Positions 63,271 through 64,000 of a stretch of 64,000 nucleotides of DNA are shown piece after piece. The notes below the pieces were generated by a model. That model searched no databases and was not told where the DNA came from. It saw nothing but the letters and a program-made list of their open reading frames with translations. Source of the stretch: Ylistrum balloti (Eukaryota); contig NW_026781880.1 of assembly GCF_031769215.1 (NCBI RefSeq), positions 186,001-250,000 on the forward strand, read 5' to 3'. Every line of letters starts with the position of its first letter. Position 1 is the stretch's first letter. The position numbers and the translations under genes were made by a program.

Positions 63271-63867
63271 TCAACCTAATCGTATACAGCAAAAACTAAG
63301 AATTACTTGAGACATTGCCCTTCCTGTTATCTGTTATGTTTCATTTATGTTTGCAAATTGTATGACATTTATGAGGAATACTGTGCCGTGTGTCATATGA
63401 TATCGGGACTGTGATTGGCTGAAGATTCACATTGCTTCCATAATGACGTCATATATAGCTTCACGTGTCACCAAGTACCAAAAGAAAGGTAATAGAAAGA
63501 AAATACAATCACTGTATATTTTGTAAGTCTTAAGAAACATTTTCAATTACAGTATCTAAATTAGGTAATAAGCTCAATTATACATTCTGTTTCATCAGTG
63601 AAACTCGTCACCAATTTATATAAAGTTTACCTCAACAGAGGCTTGGTAAAATAAAATATTGTAGGACTTGTTTCATATATCATCCAAACAGGAAATCCTA
63701 CAGGGTCCTGCAGTCAACCATTTCTTTAGTCTTTCCCCTTCTGTTTCTCCTGCTTTGTTCGTATTTTCTCTCCATAATACATCTATACCTGTAAGGTTCA
63801 TTTACAGAAGAATTAAACACACAATACTATTTATCAAACAGAAAAAGCATGTATATGAAGACCTTCA

Positions 63868-64000
63868 TCTATAACACAACTAAACACCAAGGGGAACCTG
63901 TAAATAAATCTATAGCACAACTAAACACCAAGGGGAACCTGTAAATAAATCTATAGCACAACTAAACACCAAGGGGAACCTGTAAATGAATCTATAGCAC
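63868..64000. repeat. 41-bp tandem repeat running off the window end
   Basis: TAAACACC at 63881, 63922 and 63963. Confidence 0.9.

Noticed and set aside
63585-63620. CTGATGA on the minus strand as a hammerhead ribozyme core
   Set aside because: No stem II, GAAA or cleavage-site helices around it; other CTGATGA hits in the window failed likewise.

Overview
AT-rich animal genomic DNA, most likely bivalve mollusc (inferred from the SINE types and gene families; not prokaryotic, no CRISPR or rRNA/tRNA genes). Four host genes can be built from the sequence. (1) A minus-strand 8-Cys secreted prepropeptide (CDS 2730-3164) with a TATA/Inr promoter and a non-coding first exon at 5066-5134. (2) A complete 8-exon SLC22 transporter (28082-32610, 541 aa). 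(3) A divergent cGAS-like receptor/Mab21 nucleotidyltransferase fused to TPR-like repeats and a basic tail (large exon 53832-56267). (4) A two-exon, 81-aa secreted peptide consisting of a signal peptide, an acidic spacer and one PLAC-like 6-Cys domain (62334-62268 + 60517-60339, minus), which the ORF track does not show as a whole gene. The main mobile element is a young BEL/Pao LTR retrotransposon (8066-14795; 418-bp LTRs with 3 mismatches; AGTTT TSD). It has an integrase deletion, no tRNA-type PBS, a 9-nt LTR/PBS complementarity suggestive of self-priming, and an intron-like segment in the LTR. Older relics include a Gmr1-order gypsy fragment, an RNase H-bearing LINE, Penelope-like RT fragments, SINEs and MITEs. 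About 14 kb is tandem repeat (units of 17, 20, 25/33, 26, 32, 40, 41, 60 and 90 bp). The long ORFs called at 21.3-24.5 kb, 33.6-34.1 kb and 36-41.6 kb are repeat artefacts.
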